A DNA stretch of 64,000 nucleotides from a bacterium (GTDB lineage: Bacteria; Electryoneota; Electryoneia; Electryoneales; Electryoneaceae), in NCBI GenBank assembly GCA_963669175.1, contig OY769902.1:2624001-2688000 (forward strand), in the 5' to 3' direction. The notes below the pieces were generated by a model that saw nothing but the letters and a program-made list of their open reading frames with translations, did not search any database and was not told the origin of the DNA. Position 1 is the stretch's first letter, and the number at the start of each line of letters is the position of its first letter. Made by a program: the position numbers and the translations under genes. Below are positions 38,770 through 48,105 of the stretch, one piece after another.

Positions 38770-39138
38770 TTACCACTCGTCATCCGCATCCGGATCAAAA
38801 ATCATTTGGTCGTCATCAGGCGGGGCGATACCCTGCTGAATCTCGAGAGCTAAATCGTAATGTGATTCAGGAACATACAGGATGGCGCCGCCGCCGTAAT
38901 ACTCCGAACCGGAGGCCAGGTCTGCCGAGATATAACAGGGAATCTCAGCCTCATCCAGAGCGTCTCTGACTTTTACAGCATGCACCAATTCTGACAGCGG
39001 ATCGAGTTCAACCCACTCATTGGAATCCACATCATCGAACATCTCTTCCACTGTCCCCTCAATGAGAGGACCGCCACAGACGACACATTCTTCGATTTCG
39101 TCTTCGTACTCAATGCGATCCTGAGGACAATAGCCCAT
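38770..39138 (-). CDS. Small acidic protein with N-terminal Zn-ribbon-like segment and DUF2007-like (putative signal transducing) domain
   Basis: YCPQD..CVVCGGPL; LDEAEIPC..LYVPESHYDLA. Confidence 0.6.
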   Translation of the reverse strand: MGYCPQDRIEYEDEIEECVVCGGPLIEGTVEEMFDDVDSNEWVELDPLSELVHAVKVRDALDEAEIPCYISADLASGSEYYGGGAILYVPESHYDLALEIQQGIAPPDDDQMIFDPDADDEW

Positions 39139-39165
39139 ACGTGATCACTCCTTAACAGTCTCAGG

Positions 39166-41322
39166 TTACAACTTCACCTGTAATGGTGAATCCTTAACCG
39201 GCCATCTACCTTTACCGATGTTCTCGCCGGAAGCGAACACCAGGTAACCATATTTTCCGTAATGCGGTAGTTTTCTTCCCAACATTCCCAACGCGTCCGG
39301 CGAATCTGCCCAGATATTCAGATGCACCAGCGTCAGGTTACTCTGATCACGGGATGCGTATACAAAGGCCAATCCGTGGTCCGCTTCAGCATCATTCAAC
39401 ATCGAACTCTGCAATTCCGGATCTACATCTTTGCCCAGCAGCAGCAATGATTTGCCTGCAAGCATGTCCGGAGACGCTTCCGATTCCAGAAGAACAGAGG
39501 CATTGCCACGCCGGTTAAACGATGCCGCCAAAGCACGGTACGCATCGATCATTTCCGGTTGTGTGTCCGAGATCAAGATCACCGGGTTCTCGGAACCATA
39601 AAAACCGGCCAGTGTCGGCGATGCTTCCCGTGGATCCAGGACACGGAAAATCTGCATGTCCGGATCAACTTCCACCAGTGTCGGTCTCGAACTGGTCGGA
39701 ATGCGCGCATGGTACAACGAGCCCTCGGCATTATGCAAGATCATCGCGCTACTTGTTCCATCGGAGAAGGAGATACGTACCGGCACGTCCAGACGGTATG
39801 ACGGCCCCTCCTGAACCTGCTTTAAATCAAAGGTTACCAGATAATTACCGCCATTTTTTTCTGCCTTTACATTCGCGATTTCCAGTTTCGGGGCTCCAGT
39901 GCGCTCTACCCACTGGCGCTTGAACCAGTCCAGGGATTCTCCACTGGCTCTGCTGAATGCGTCAAAGAAATCACTCCATTCAGCTTTCTGGAAGCTCATA
40001 TTCGCATAGACATTGCGCAAGGCTGACCAGAAAGCGTCATCGCCGATCCGCTGACGCACCATGTGGAATACCATCATGGCTTTACCATACCCGATGGTAC
40101 GTGTACCGGCCGTTGTCCGGGAAGTAAACTCGGTCAGCGGGAAATCTTCCTCGTCACCGACAGCGATATATTCCGTATAATCACTGTTCACGTCGAGTCG
40201 GTATTCACGCGCCGCTTCCGGGCTCTCATCCGCCTTGTAAGCATAGTCCGCGCAATAGACCGTTATTCCTTCACACCAGTTGCCGGTGGCATAATCGACA
40301 TAGACACCGTTACCCCACCAGTTGTGGCAGATCTCGTGGCCGAAACTGATGTAGATGATAAACGGCAGGCGTAGTACCTGGGAACCGAGCAGGGTGTAGG
40401 TCGGCATGCCGTAACCAGTCGGGAACCAGTTCTCTACGGTCGAAAAGCGGCTGAAGGCGTATTGACCAAGCTGCTCGTTATATCGCTTCAGGTAGCGTTC
40501 CGTGGCGCCCAGGTACCTTTCCACCAGGTCTTCACCGCCTGGGTAATAGTACATGGCGATTTCAATACCGTCCACTTCGCGGCTGGCCAGTTTGTACGGA
40601 CCGGCTACGATATAGGTGCCATCTATCGGATGCTCGCTGTCGAAAGTGACAGAGGTATCAGTTTTCTTGACAATCTTTCCCTCGGCAATGGCTTCCCAAT
40701 CTTCAGGGTGATGGATAGTGGATGTAAAGTGATGGATGTCATCATCCGCCGGGAAGCGTGGATAAAAACCACTCATTGGGGTCAGGAAAGCTCCCTTTTC
40801 CGAAATCAGGCCAGTCGTTTCATCGGCGATTTCCCAGCGTGAGAACGAGGCCACTTCCACATCATCGTAGATCTCACCTTTATAAGACATCTGAACATTG
40901 ACTTCTTCGGGACCGGCACCCTTCTGGAAAGGGACAGCAAAGAGCGCTACCATGTCCGGATCTTCAATAGCGCCACCGTCATGATCCAGACGACTCATCC
41001 ACAGGTTCAGAATCTCTCCGCTGGCGACCTTTGCCGGGCGACCAGACATGCCATCAGCCTGGATAATGTCCACGACCAGTTTATTGTTCAGCAGGAAAAA
41101 CAGAGTGTCTGATGATCCACGTTTCCAGGTAAATGCGGCATCCATCTGCAACTGGTGTGCTGCAGGATCAAGTGTCATGGATAGCTGGATATCGCCAACC
41201 TGCCCCGTATACGACGGTTTTTCCGTATTCTGGGTGGACAAGCCGCATATCACCCAACTACCTGCGAGGAGGCCAACCAGTAAAATGATGATGCCAACGA
41301 ACAGCCCGCCTTTGTTTTCCAT
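39166..41322 (-). CDS. M1-family (gluzincin) metallo-aminopeptidase, membrane-anchored or exported
   Basis: HEICHNWWGN..NWCEG (HExxH-18-E), GYGMP in place of GAMEN, YGKAMMVFHM; N-terminal hydrophobic anchor. Confidence 0.85.
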   Translation of the reverse strand: MENKGGLFVGIIILLVGLLAGSWVICGLSTQNTEKPSYTGQVGDIQLSMTLDPAAHQLQMDAAFTWKRGSSDTLFFLLNNKLVVDIIQADGMSGRPAKVASGEILNLWMSRLDHDGGAIEDPDMVALFAVPFQKGAGPEEVNVQMSYKGEIYDDVEVASFSRWEIADETTGLISEKGAFLTPMSGFYPRFPADDDIHHFTSTIHHPEDWEAIAEGKIVKKTDTSVTFDSEHPIDGTYIVAGPYKLASREVDGIEIAMYYYPGGEDLVERYLGATERYLKRYNEQLGQYAFSRFSTVENWFPTGYGMPTYTLLGSQVLRLPFIIYISFGHEICHNWWGNGVYVDYATGNWCEGITVYCADYAYKADESPEAAREYRLDVNSDYTEYIAVGDEEDFPLTEFTSRTTAGTRTIGYGKAMMVFHMVRQRIGDDAFWSALRNVYANMSFQKAEWSDFFDAFSRASGESLDWFKRQWVERTGAPKLEIANVKAEKNGGNYLVTFDLKQVQEGPSYRLDVPVRISFSDGTSSAMILHNAEGSLYHARIPTSSRPTLVEVDPDMQIFRVLDPREASPTLAGFYGSENPVILISDTQPEMIDAYRALAASFNRRGNASVLLESEASPDMLAGKSLLLLGKDVDPELQSSMLNDAEADHGLAFVYASRDQSNLTLVHLNIWADSPDALGMLGRKLPHYGKYGYLVFASGENIGKGRWPVKDSPLQVKL

Positions 41323-41341
41323 GGCGTTCCTTTCATCCGTA

Positions 41342-42109
41342 TCAGAAAATGAGCATCAACCCAATGGCCCCCGTCGCACCGGCAATGGTACAGATCAGGT
41401 TGATGGCATTGTTATCTATCCATGCAACGCCCTGTACAAGGCGTTGTTCCGAAGTTCCTGGCTGCTTGTGCTCAGTAATAGAGCCGTCGGAGTTTTCCCA
41501 GACTCCCTGCACCCAGGCTCCTGCAAGGCTGTCGATTAACCCTCCCCATGCGCCAGCCAGAAAAATGAGAATCGTTTCTTTGCCGGATAGAATGTCCACG
41601 GCAAAACTGGCTAACGCTACAGAAGCAGCGCCCGAAAGCGATGCAACTGTTCCAACAAAACTTATCGCACCGGAACGTCCCGGTTCACTTTGCCGAAAAG
41701 TGCGTAATGAAAGCGGATGTCCGCCTAAAGGACGACCCCATTCTGTAGACCATGTATCCGCTGCAGCCGCCGCAAATGATCCGGTGACAATCAATCGCCC
41801 GATGTCAGCAAAACCCAACAAGGCGAGAATGCCACCCAAAGCCGCAACACCGCCATTGGCCAGCACTTGCCAACTGTTCCGTGGCGCTTTCTTTCTGTCG
41901 GCGCCGCCGGGCCAGCGAGTCCATACACTCGACAGAACAAAGAATGTAACAGCGGGCACCAGCCATATATAACCACCACCGGCGATCAGGATCAGGGCCA
42001 TGAATACGGTCACCAATGAGCCACCTGCAGTCAACGCGCGACTCCAGGTCAAAACGGCTACAGCTCCTGTACCGCCGATAATTGCTATGACAAGCTGTTG
42101 GAATTCCAT
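41342..42109 (-). CDS. DUF92 (TMEM19-like) membrane protein
   Basis: RNSWQVLANGG, AADTWSTEWG, PGRSGAIS..GT, DSLAGA..Q, NNAIN. Confidence 0.85.
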   Translation of the reverse strand: MEFQQLVIAIIGGTGAVAVLTWSRALTAGGSLVTVFMALILIAGGGYIWLVPAVTFFVLSSVWTRWPGGADRKKAPRNSWQVLANGGVAALGGILALLGFADIGRLIVTGSFAAAAADTWSTEWGRPLGGHPLSLRTFRQSEPGRSGAISFVGTVASLSGAASVALASFAVDILSGKETILIFLAGAWGGLIDSLAGAWVQGVWENSDGSITEHKQPGTSEQRLVQGVAWIDNNAINLICTIAGATGAIGLMLIF

Positions 42110-42244
42110 TGGCGTATGGGTCTCGCTGTCAATCGAGGGGAACATACACCCTGATGTGCCCCCGGTCAACGGGAGAGCAAAAGAAATGCAAAAGCCCGGT
42201 GACAAGTCGCACCGGGCTGAAAAGTCCAAGTCTTTTGGATTCTT

Positions 42245-43129
42245 CTACTTCCTGTACTGCGGTTTCGTGAAATAGCCAAAATCAAGTGAGAATTGTGTGC
42301 TAAGGCCAGCAGGGGCCGGAGGGAAACGCCATCCCTCAATACGACTTTGCACGCAGTATTCCACCTTTTCACCATTATACTTGTCGTTCCATTCATGTTC
42401 GACAAATTCCACATCTTCAACATAACCGTCCGCCCTGACCGTGAATCGAATGGATACACGTCCGGCCAGCTCCAGGTTTCTGTCATGATAGGACAGGTAA
42501 CATTTCTGCAATTCAGGCTGTTCTGTCGTGACCATTTGTCTGATCGCCTGCTGACGAATCAGTTTCCAGTCATTTGGTTGAACCGGAGCCACTGGGGCTG
42601 GAGCTTCTGATGCGACTTGTCCGCCACCGGGTTTCTGGCCTGGCTTCTTTGTCAAACCAGCGCTGATCAACAATTCACGCATGTCGTCCGGAGTAATAGG
42701 CGCAACCGGGAAACACTCCGTAGAATCTGTGACTTTAAAATCAGCAAAGTTGCTTTCTACTGTACCGACTTGCATGGAGTCTTCCTGTATCGCCAGGATA
42801 CGGAAAACATGTTCACGTGCGTCGAAACCGGGATTGTCCGCCTGGGAAAACCAAATGATTTCTTTTCCCTGGCCCGGGAGGATGTCCTCGCCAAGATCAC
42901 GGATGGCGCTCCTGGGATGAATCTGGAACGCGCCACCGCCATCCTGAGATACTTCCAGGGAGATTGTGAAGTCACCACCGCCGAAAAGATCATAACGCAC
43001 CAACACCAGGCCGGTAGGTGTCTGGCATACCACGACATTGGCAATATCAACAGCGAACGCTGTCCCGAACGACAGAAGGAGTAGCAGAATTGCCCAAAGA
43101 CTGATGTGTTTTGTCACCTTTTTCCCCAT
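42245..43129 (-). CDS. Exported protein with C-terminal AgmX/PglI (TonB-C-like) domain
   Basis: Signal peptide; Pro-rich linker; LQKCY..NLELAGRVSIRFTV.ADG.V..CVQSRIEGWRFP. Confidence 0.65.
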   Translation of the reverse strand: MGKKVTKHISLWAILLLLLSFGTAFAVDIANVVVCQTPTGLVLVRYDLFGGGDFTISLEVSQDGGGAFQIHPRSAIRDLGEDILPGQGKEIIWFSQADNPGFDAREHVFRILAIQEDSMQVGTVESNFADFKVTDSTECFPVAPITPDDMRELLISAGLTKKPGQKPGGGQVASEAPAPVAPVQPNDWKLIRQQAIRQMVTTEQPELQKCYLSYHDRNLELAGRVSIRFTVRADGYVEDVEFVEHEWNDKYNGEKVEYCVQSRIEGWRFPPAPAGLSTQFSLDFGYFTKPQYRK

Positions 43130-43229
43130 GCGATTCCCCCAGGTACTCCAGAAGGATAATTGCCTTTGCTATTCAAACACCTGTCAACTCAAACAGCATC
43201 AAGAGGCAATGCGAAGAATATACAAAGGT

Positions 43230-43958
43230 TCACTCTCTCTGTACAGGGGTAGCGTGAATCTTATTCCATGAAGCCACTGCTTCCCGGAGAAGGGATTCTG
43301 CACTATCTACCTCTTCAAATCCCCGAATCACTACCTGATCACCGCCTTTGTAATGAGCAAACCACGTAGACAGGATATCGGTAACACCAGGGAAATGCAG
43401 TTGCAGGTCCGCCAGTGATGCCACGTCAACCCAGCCATCAACCGGTTGAACCGCAATCAGTTTGTCGTCCGTTTTACCGTTATCTACCATCCGCATGACC
43501 CCGATCAGACGGCAGGCAACCACACTGCCACGGGGGAGACGGTTTCCCAGCTGAACGATATCCAACGGGTCACCATCGCCGCCAAGCGTTTCAGAAAGAA
43601 GTGTGCGCGGGATAAAGCCGTAGTTTGCCGGATAGCCCAGATAATTCACCTCACGCAAGCTGTCACCGGCTTCCTCCCATTCGATGGCGCCCGACTGCTT
43701 GTTGACCTCCCACTTCGCAGTTTCACCGGCCGGAATCTCGATAACCATGTGAACCAATCCGTTATCGAGCATTGCCGGATAACCATCAAGAAATGATACG
43801 TCACCTTTGAGGATGGTGGTTTGCGCCTCGTCACCGGAACCGGGGGCTGGTAGGGGGGGATTCGTTTCGCATCCGACCTGGAGGGATATAAAAAGAATAC
43901 CCGCCAGTGAAACTCTCAGGATAAGGGAAGAGTGAAACAAATAGAATCTGGTGACCAC
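43230..43958 (-). CDS. ppa: Family I inorganic pyrophosphatase with N-terminal export/lipoprotein-like signal
   Basis: VIEIPAG..KWE, YPANYGFIPRT, DGDPLD, DDKL, F.HYK; AGGAG RBS before GTG 43958; hydrophobic stretch ending LQVGC. Confidence 0.85.
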   Translation of the reverse strand: MVTRFYLFHSSLILRVSLAGILFISLQVGCETNPPLPAPGSGDEAQTTILKGDVSFLDGYPAMLDNGLVHMVIEIPAGETAKWEVNKQSGAIEWEEAGDSLREVNYLGYPANYGFIPRTLLSETLGGDGDPLDIVQLGNRLPRGSVVACRLIGVMRMVDNGKTDDKLIAVQPVDGWVDVASLADLQLHFPGVTDILSTWFAHYKGGDQVVIRGFEEVDSAESLLREAVASWNKIHATPVQRE

Positions 43959-44215
43959 CGTAGACTCCTGACTGAACTGATCGATGCGATTTTCCAAAGA
44001 TAAATAAAGGTTGCCATTATGTCGAATAAGTGAGTTTCCGCGTTTACGAGCTAACAAGATTATATTGATGATAAGGTCAATGATGGGAGGAGATGATAGG
44101 ATTCATGGTAGGATTATTTGTAAAGTGCGAACGACTTTGTATTTGAGAAAGCGCGACGAATCTGCGAGAATATCACAGCGAGTCTTCTGGAAATCACAAC
44201 TAATCTGCGAGTAAG

Positions 44216-44430
44216 CACCTCGAAGAGGTGATACATGAATAGCGCGGGTCGTCAGCCCCGGGAGATAGAACGGTCTCCTTTCAGTTCGTCCCCGAAGGGT
44301 ACGCACATCCGGTTCGTACTGGAATATAAACAGAGCTGTTATGCGATTCCTTCAGGATCGTAACGGGGTGATTCGGTTTTCTCCCGGGGCTGACGGCCCG
44401 CACTATTCAAGTCGTCCACCTTCAATGGAC
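44216..44430. repeat. REPIN-like element with 30-bp inverted arms and flanking GAAG/CTTC-loop hairpins
   Basis: 44236-44265 TGAATAGCGCGGGTCGTCAGCCCCGGGAGA vs the reverse complement of 44380-44409 (28/30); CACCTCGAAGAGGTG and CGTCCCCGAAGGGTACG hairpins. Confidence 0.8.
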
Positions 44431-44676
44431 TATCGCTGAAAATCAACAGAAAAGAAGATTTGTTTTTTAGATCTTTTGGTGTTTTACGTTTTAGTGAAGG
44501 CTAAACAAGTAAAAAAGGTATCATTTTACCGGAAAGAATCAATTGTCGGGAACGCACGGGGACAAATGTGAGTATTACGATTAAGAAAGGGTAAATTTGT
44601 TTATTTAGTGTTTTCTTGTTGTAGTTTATAGAAGTAACGATCCACGTGAGGGGGTGGAAAAGAGAAGGAGGCCAGC

Positions 44677-45195
44677 ATGAACGGGACACCTTACCACTAC
44701 CTCAGTGAAGACTTGCGACGGCAGCTTGAGACGATGACGGCCGCCTTCAATCGCAGCGGCCTCACACCAGCAAGTTTCCTGAGTGAACTGAAAGAGGTTT
44801 TGCATGTGGACAACGCAAAGCCTGAAACCCTGTACGTCCGTATCGAAGGGCTGCACCTGGTTTCCGGTCTGCTGTTCGATTTGACCCTGAACCTGGGCAC
44901 ATTCCGTTTCGGGGACGGCTGGAACCGGAACAAAGTTGTTGAGATGGCGCGCATTCGTCCGCTCAGCACCTACCACTGGCTTACCGGATCACGAGAATCC
45001 TCGGATTACGTGACAACGCGACGGGATTATATGAACGATCCGGGTACGGCGCTGGTGAAACTGAAAGATGACATATTACTCCTTGGAAGACTGTTGCGCA
45101 TGCTGCAGGAGGGCATGCCACAACGCCCCCCTTCACAACCACGCAACGGCCCTCACAAGATTTCCCTTGAAGGGTGGGGCTGGGACGCACGTTAG
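44677..45195 (+). CDS. Hypothetical protein
   Basis: Strong AGGAGG RBS, AT-rich promoter region upstream, terminator hairpin downstream; no recognisable family. Confidence 0.7.
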   Translation: MNGTPYHYLSEDLRRQLETMTAAFNRSGLTPASFLSELKEVLHVDNAKPETLYVRIEGLHLVSGLLFDLTLNLGTFRFGDGWNRNKVVEMARIRPLSTYHWLTGSRESSDYVTTRRDYMNDPGTALVKLKDDILLLGRLLRMLQEGMPQRPPSQPRNGPHKISLEGWGWDAR

Positions 45196-45221
45196 CATAA
45201 CGTGAAAGGAACTGGATTGAT

Positions 45222-45247
45222 AATCGGGATGGTTCGCCATCCCGATT
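45222..45247 (+). terminator. Terminator hairpin
   Basis: AATCGGGATGG-TTCG-CCATCCCGATT followed by GTTATTT. Confidence 0.7.
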
Positions 45248-45414
45248 GTTATTTCAAATCTGAAGTATGTTAATGAGCAATATGTTGCCGTTTATTACCG
45301 ATAAACGATGATAACAGGTAACATATTACTCGTTATGCTACTGAAAAACTTAGAATTCAGCCGGTTAGAAATGTCCCTATCCTGTAAATTGAATTCTGGC
45401 TGCGCTATTGGAGA

Positions 45415-45448
45415 GAAAAACCCGGACAACAAAACGCTGTCCGGGTTG
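45415..45448 (-). terminator. Terminator after the MIO-lyase gene
   Basis: AACCCGGACA...TGTCCGGGTT followed by a T-run on the minus strand. Confidence 0.7.
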
Positions 45449-45473
45449 GAATGTCTATCTGCGATCAGGAGGA

Positions 45474-47003
45474 TCAGTAGGTCGCCAGCTCGCCGATCTC
45501 GGCTTCCACGGCTTCCAGCACCTTACGCGCCTTGACCGCGTCCATCATGTTGTTGTGGTCCTTGAAGAGCGGACGGTCTACATCAAGATGTTCGACCACT
45601 TCACGTACTGCTGCCTTGGCAGCCTGGGTTCCCTTGCCCGGCATGAATTCACGGAAATCCAGTCCCTGTGCGGCGGCGATGAACTCGATTGCCAGTACGC
45701 CATACGCGTTGTCAAGGATCTGGTTGGTTTTCAGGGCGGTGTTCATACCCATGCTGACGAAGTCTTCCTGGTCCGCAGCGGCCGGGATGGACTGCACACA
45801 GGCCGGGTTGGACAGGATACGCTGTTCCACGATCAGCATGTCAGCCGTGTACTGGCTCAACATGTGGCCGCTGAACATGCCCGCGCCCTTGGTCAGGAAG
45901 GCTGGCAAGCCGACTGACAACGCCGGGTTGAGCAGGCGGTTCAGACGACGTTCGCTCAAAACACTCACCATTGCCACACTCGCGCCGACCATATCCAGTG
46001 GCAGGCTGATCGGAGTGCCCTGGAAATTCGCTCCGGACAGCACCACATCATCTTCCGGGACGAAGATCGGGTTGTCAGCAACACCGTTCAGCTCGGTTTC
46101 GAACTGTTCACGTGCCCATTTCAGGTGATCACGCGCCGCACCAATAACCTGCGGGGTGGAACGCATGGAATAGGCGTCCTGCACCTTGACCTTCATCTTG
46201 CCTGTAGCCAGGTCGGAGCCATCGATGATCTTGCGGATGTTGGTTGCGGATGTAACTGCTCCACTGAAGCCACGGAGTGAATGCAAACGGCCGTCGTAAG
46301 GCTTCATGTTGGCCAGCAGGGCTTCGAGACTCATCGCGGCTGCGATTTCCGCCTGTTTGAACCAGCGTTCGATGTCGAAAATCGCCAGGGATCCCATGCC
46401 GGAGATCAGGTTGGAACCGTTGATCGCGGCGAGGCCGTCACGCACTTCCAGCCCCGGGATCGGGATGCCGGCCTTTTCCATGGCGGTACGGGTGGCCATA
46501 CGTTCGCCCTGGTAGAAGGATTCACCTTCGCCCATCAGGGAAAGCGCGACCTGGCTCATCGGGGCGAGGTCGCCACACGCGCCTACGCTGCCCTTCTGGC
46601 ATACGACCGGGGTGACGCCCTTGTTCAACATGTCCACGTAGGTCATGGTGATTTCGGGACGGCAGCCGGAGTTGCCATGAGCGTGCATGTTGATGCGGCT
46701 CAACATCGCCGCGCGAACCTGCTCGACCGGGACCGGATCGCCGATGCCTGCCGCGTGGTTGTAAATCAAGTACTTCTGGAATTCACGAGTCTGCTCGTCA
46801 TCCAGCACGATTTCGCTGAATTCGCCGATACCGGTGTTGACGCCGTACATGATTTCACGCGCCGCCACTTTCCGTTCCAGGAATGCCCGGCAAGCCTTAA
46901 TCCGTTCTATAGCGTCCGGATGCAACTCGATTTTCTCGCCCAACCGCGCTACCGCGACCAGGTTTTCAATGGTCAGTCCCTGACCAGTGATGACAATAGC
47001 CAT
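45474..47003 (-). CDS. Aromatic amino-acid ammonia-lyase/aminomutase (HAL/PAL/TAL, MIO family) with an ACG cofactor motif
   Basis: YGVNTGIG, GSVGACGDLAP, INGS, VQDAYSMR, DNP, NFQG, QEDFVSMG; GAGGT RBS before ATG 47003. Confidence 0.9.
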   Translation of the reverse strand: MAIVITGQGLTIENLVAVARLGEKIELHPDAIERIKACRAFLERKVAAREIMYGVNTGIGEFSEIVLDDEQTREFQKYLIYNHAAGIGDPVPVEQVRAAMLSRINMHAHGNSGCRPEITMTYVDMLNKGVTPVVCQKGSVGACGDLAPMSQVALSLMGEGESFYQGERMATRTAMEKAGIPIPGLEVRDGLAAINGSNLISGMGSLAIFDIERWFKQAEIAAAMSLEALLANMKPYDGRLHSLRGFSGAVTSATNIRKIIDGSDLATGKMKVKVQDAYSMRSTPQVIGAARDHLKWAREQFETELNGVADNPIFVPEDDVVLSGANFQGTPISLPLDMVGASVAMVSVLSERRLNRLLNPALSVGLPAFLTKGAGMFSGHMLSQYTADMLIVEQRILSNPACVQSIPAAADQEDFVSMGMNTALKTNQILDNAYGVLAIEFIAAAQGLDFREFMPGKGTQAAKAAVREVVEHLDVDRPLFKDHNNMMDAVKARKVLEAVEAEIGELATY

Positions 47004-47225
47004 GCTATACCTCAAAACTACCAGTTAACGTGCTGACTTTCCGGAGGAAAGCACATTCTCCGTACTTCGTGAAGGTGGAAGATGCAACATTGGGGAAGCC
47101 GTTCCAAGGCTGGGGCTCTGGGAGGAAGCTGGAAGAAAGATATTCGAAGATCGATGTTGTGAAAACTCTTTCTGTTTATGGCTGATGAGCACCTGCATTG
47201 GTCATGTATTTGGTCATTCATGATG

Positions 47226-47332
47226 TATGCAACCCGCTTCGGGGTTGAAATTAGTTGAAATTTGACATAGGGTAAATGCCAAAAAGACGGCATTTACCCT
47301 ATGCTAAAATAGGGAATCCCATCCGGGATTCT
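47226..47332. repeat. REP-like unit (three hairpins), left inverted copy
   Basis: The reverse complement aligns with 47980-48083; central 15-bp stem at 47266-47303. Confidence 0.85.
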
Positions 47333-47415
47333 TAACAAGAATAGTTACCTCAAAGTGTATTCTTCAGGATTGTCAGAATGTCTGCAATTATCTACATGGT
47401 ATTGATATCATCAAA

Positions 47416-47716
47416 GAGACGAGATTGTTATTGGGATGAGATTGTCATTGGGACGAGGTTGTCATTGGGACGAGGTTGTCGTTGGGACGAGGTTGTCGTT
47501 GGGACGAGGTTGTCATTGGGACGAGGTTGTCGTTGGGACGAGGTTGTCGTTGGGACGAGGTTGTCGTTGGGACGAGGTTGTCGTTGGGACGAGGTTGTCG
47601 TTGGGACGAGGTTGTCGTTGGGACGAGGTTGTCGTTGGGACGAGGTTGTCATTGGGACGAGGTTGTCGTTGGGACGAGGTTGTCGTTGGGTCGAGATTGT
47701 CATTGGGACGAGATTG
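47416..47716. repeat. 17-bp tandem array A (GGGACGAGGTTGTCRTT, ~17.7 copies)
   Basis: Counted directly; no spacers; edge units are more degenerate. Confidence 0.95.
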
Positions 47717-47796
47717 CAAATATATTTGCAAGCACCATCGTTTGGATGAGATTATCATTGGGATAAGATTGTAAGAATTTTGTAAACACTAACCTT

Positions 47797-47963
47797 GAGA
47801 CGCGATTATCTTTGAGACGCGATTATCTTTGAGACGCGATTATCCTTGAGATGCGATTATCCTTGAGATGCGATTATCTTTGAGACGCGATTATCCTTGA
47901 GATGCGATTATCCTTGAGATGCGATTATCTTTGAGACGCGATTATCCTTGAGATGCGATTATC
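47797..47963. repeat. 17-bp tandem array B (GAGAYGCGATTATCYTT, ~9.8 copies)
   Basis: Counted directly; the unit is 12/17 identical to the array A unit. Confidence 0.95.
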
Positions 47964-47979
47964 AAATATTGTGGTTGTA

Positions 47980-48083
47980 CAACTCCGAAGGAGTTGCCTA
48001 TTTTAGCATAGTGTAAGCGCTGTCTTTTTAGCGCTTACACTATGTAAGATATCGACAATCTTTCAACCCTGGAAGGGTTGCAT
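47980..48083. repeat. REP-like unit (three hairpins), right copy, directly upstream of the transposase
   Basis: CAACTCCGAAGGAGTTG; CATAGTGTAAGCGCT-GTCTTTTT-AGCGCTTACACTATG; CAACCCTGGAAGGGTTG. Confidence 0.85.
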
Positions 48084-48105
48084 AAAAACGAAATGTGGAG
48101 GAACC

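Noticed and set aside
47378-47774. Repetitive ORFs (GTRLSLGRGCRWDEVVV)
   Set aside because: They arise from a 17-bp repeat with no stop codons; all frames give the same peptide and there is no RBS.
47416-47963. CRISPR array
   Set aside because: The units are contiguous 17-mers with no unique spacers, and there are no cas genes.
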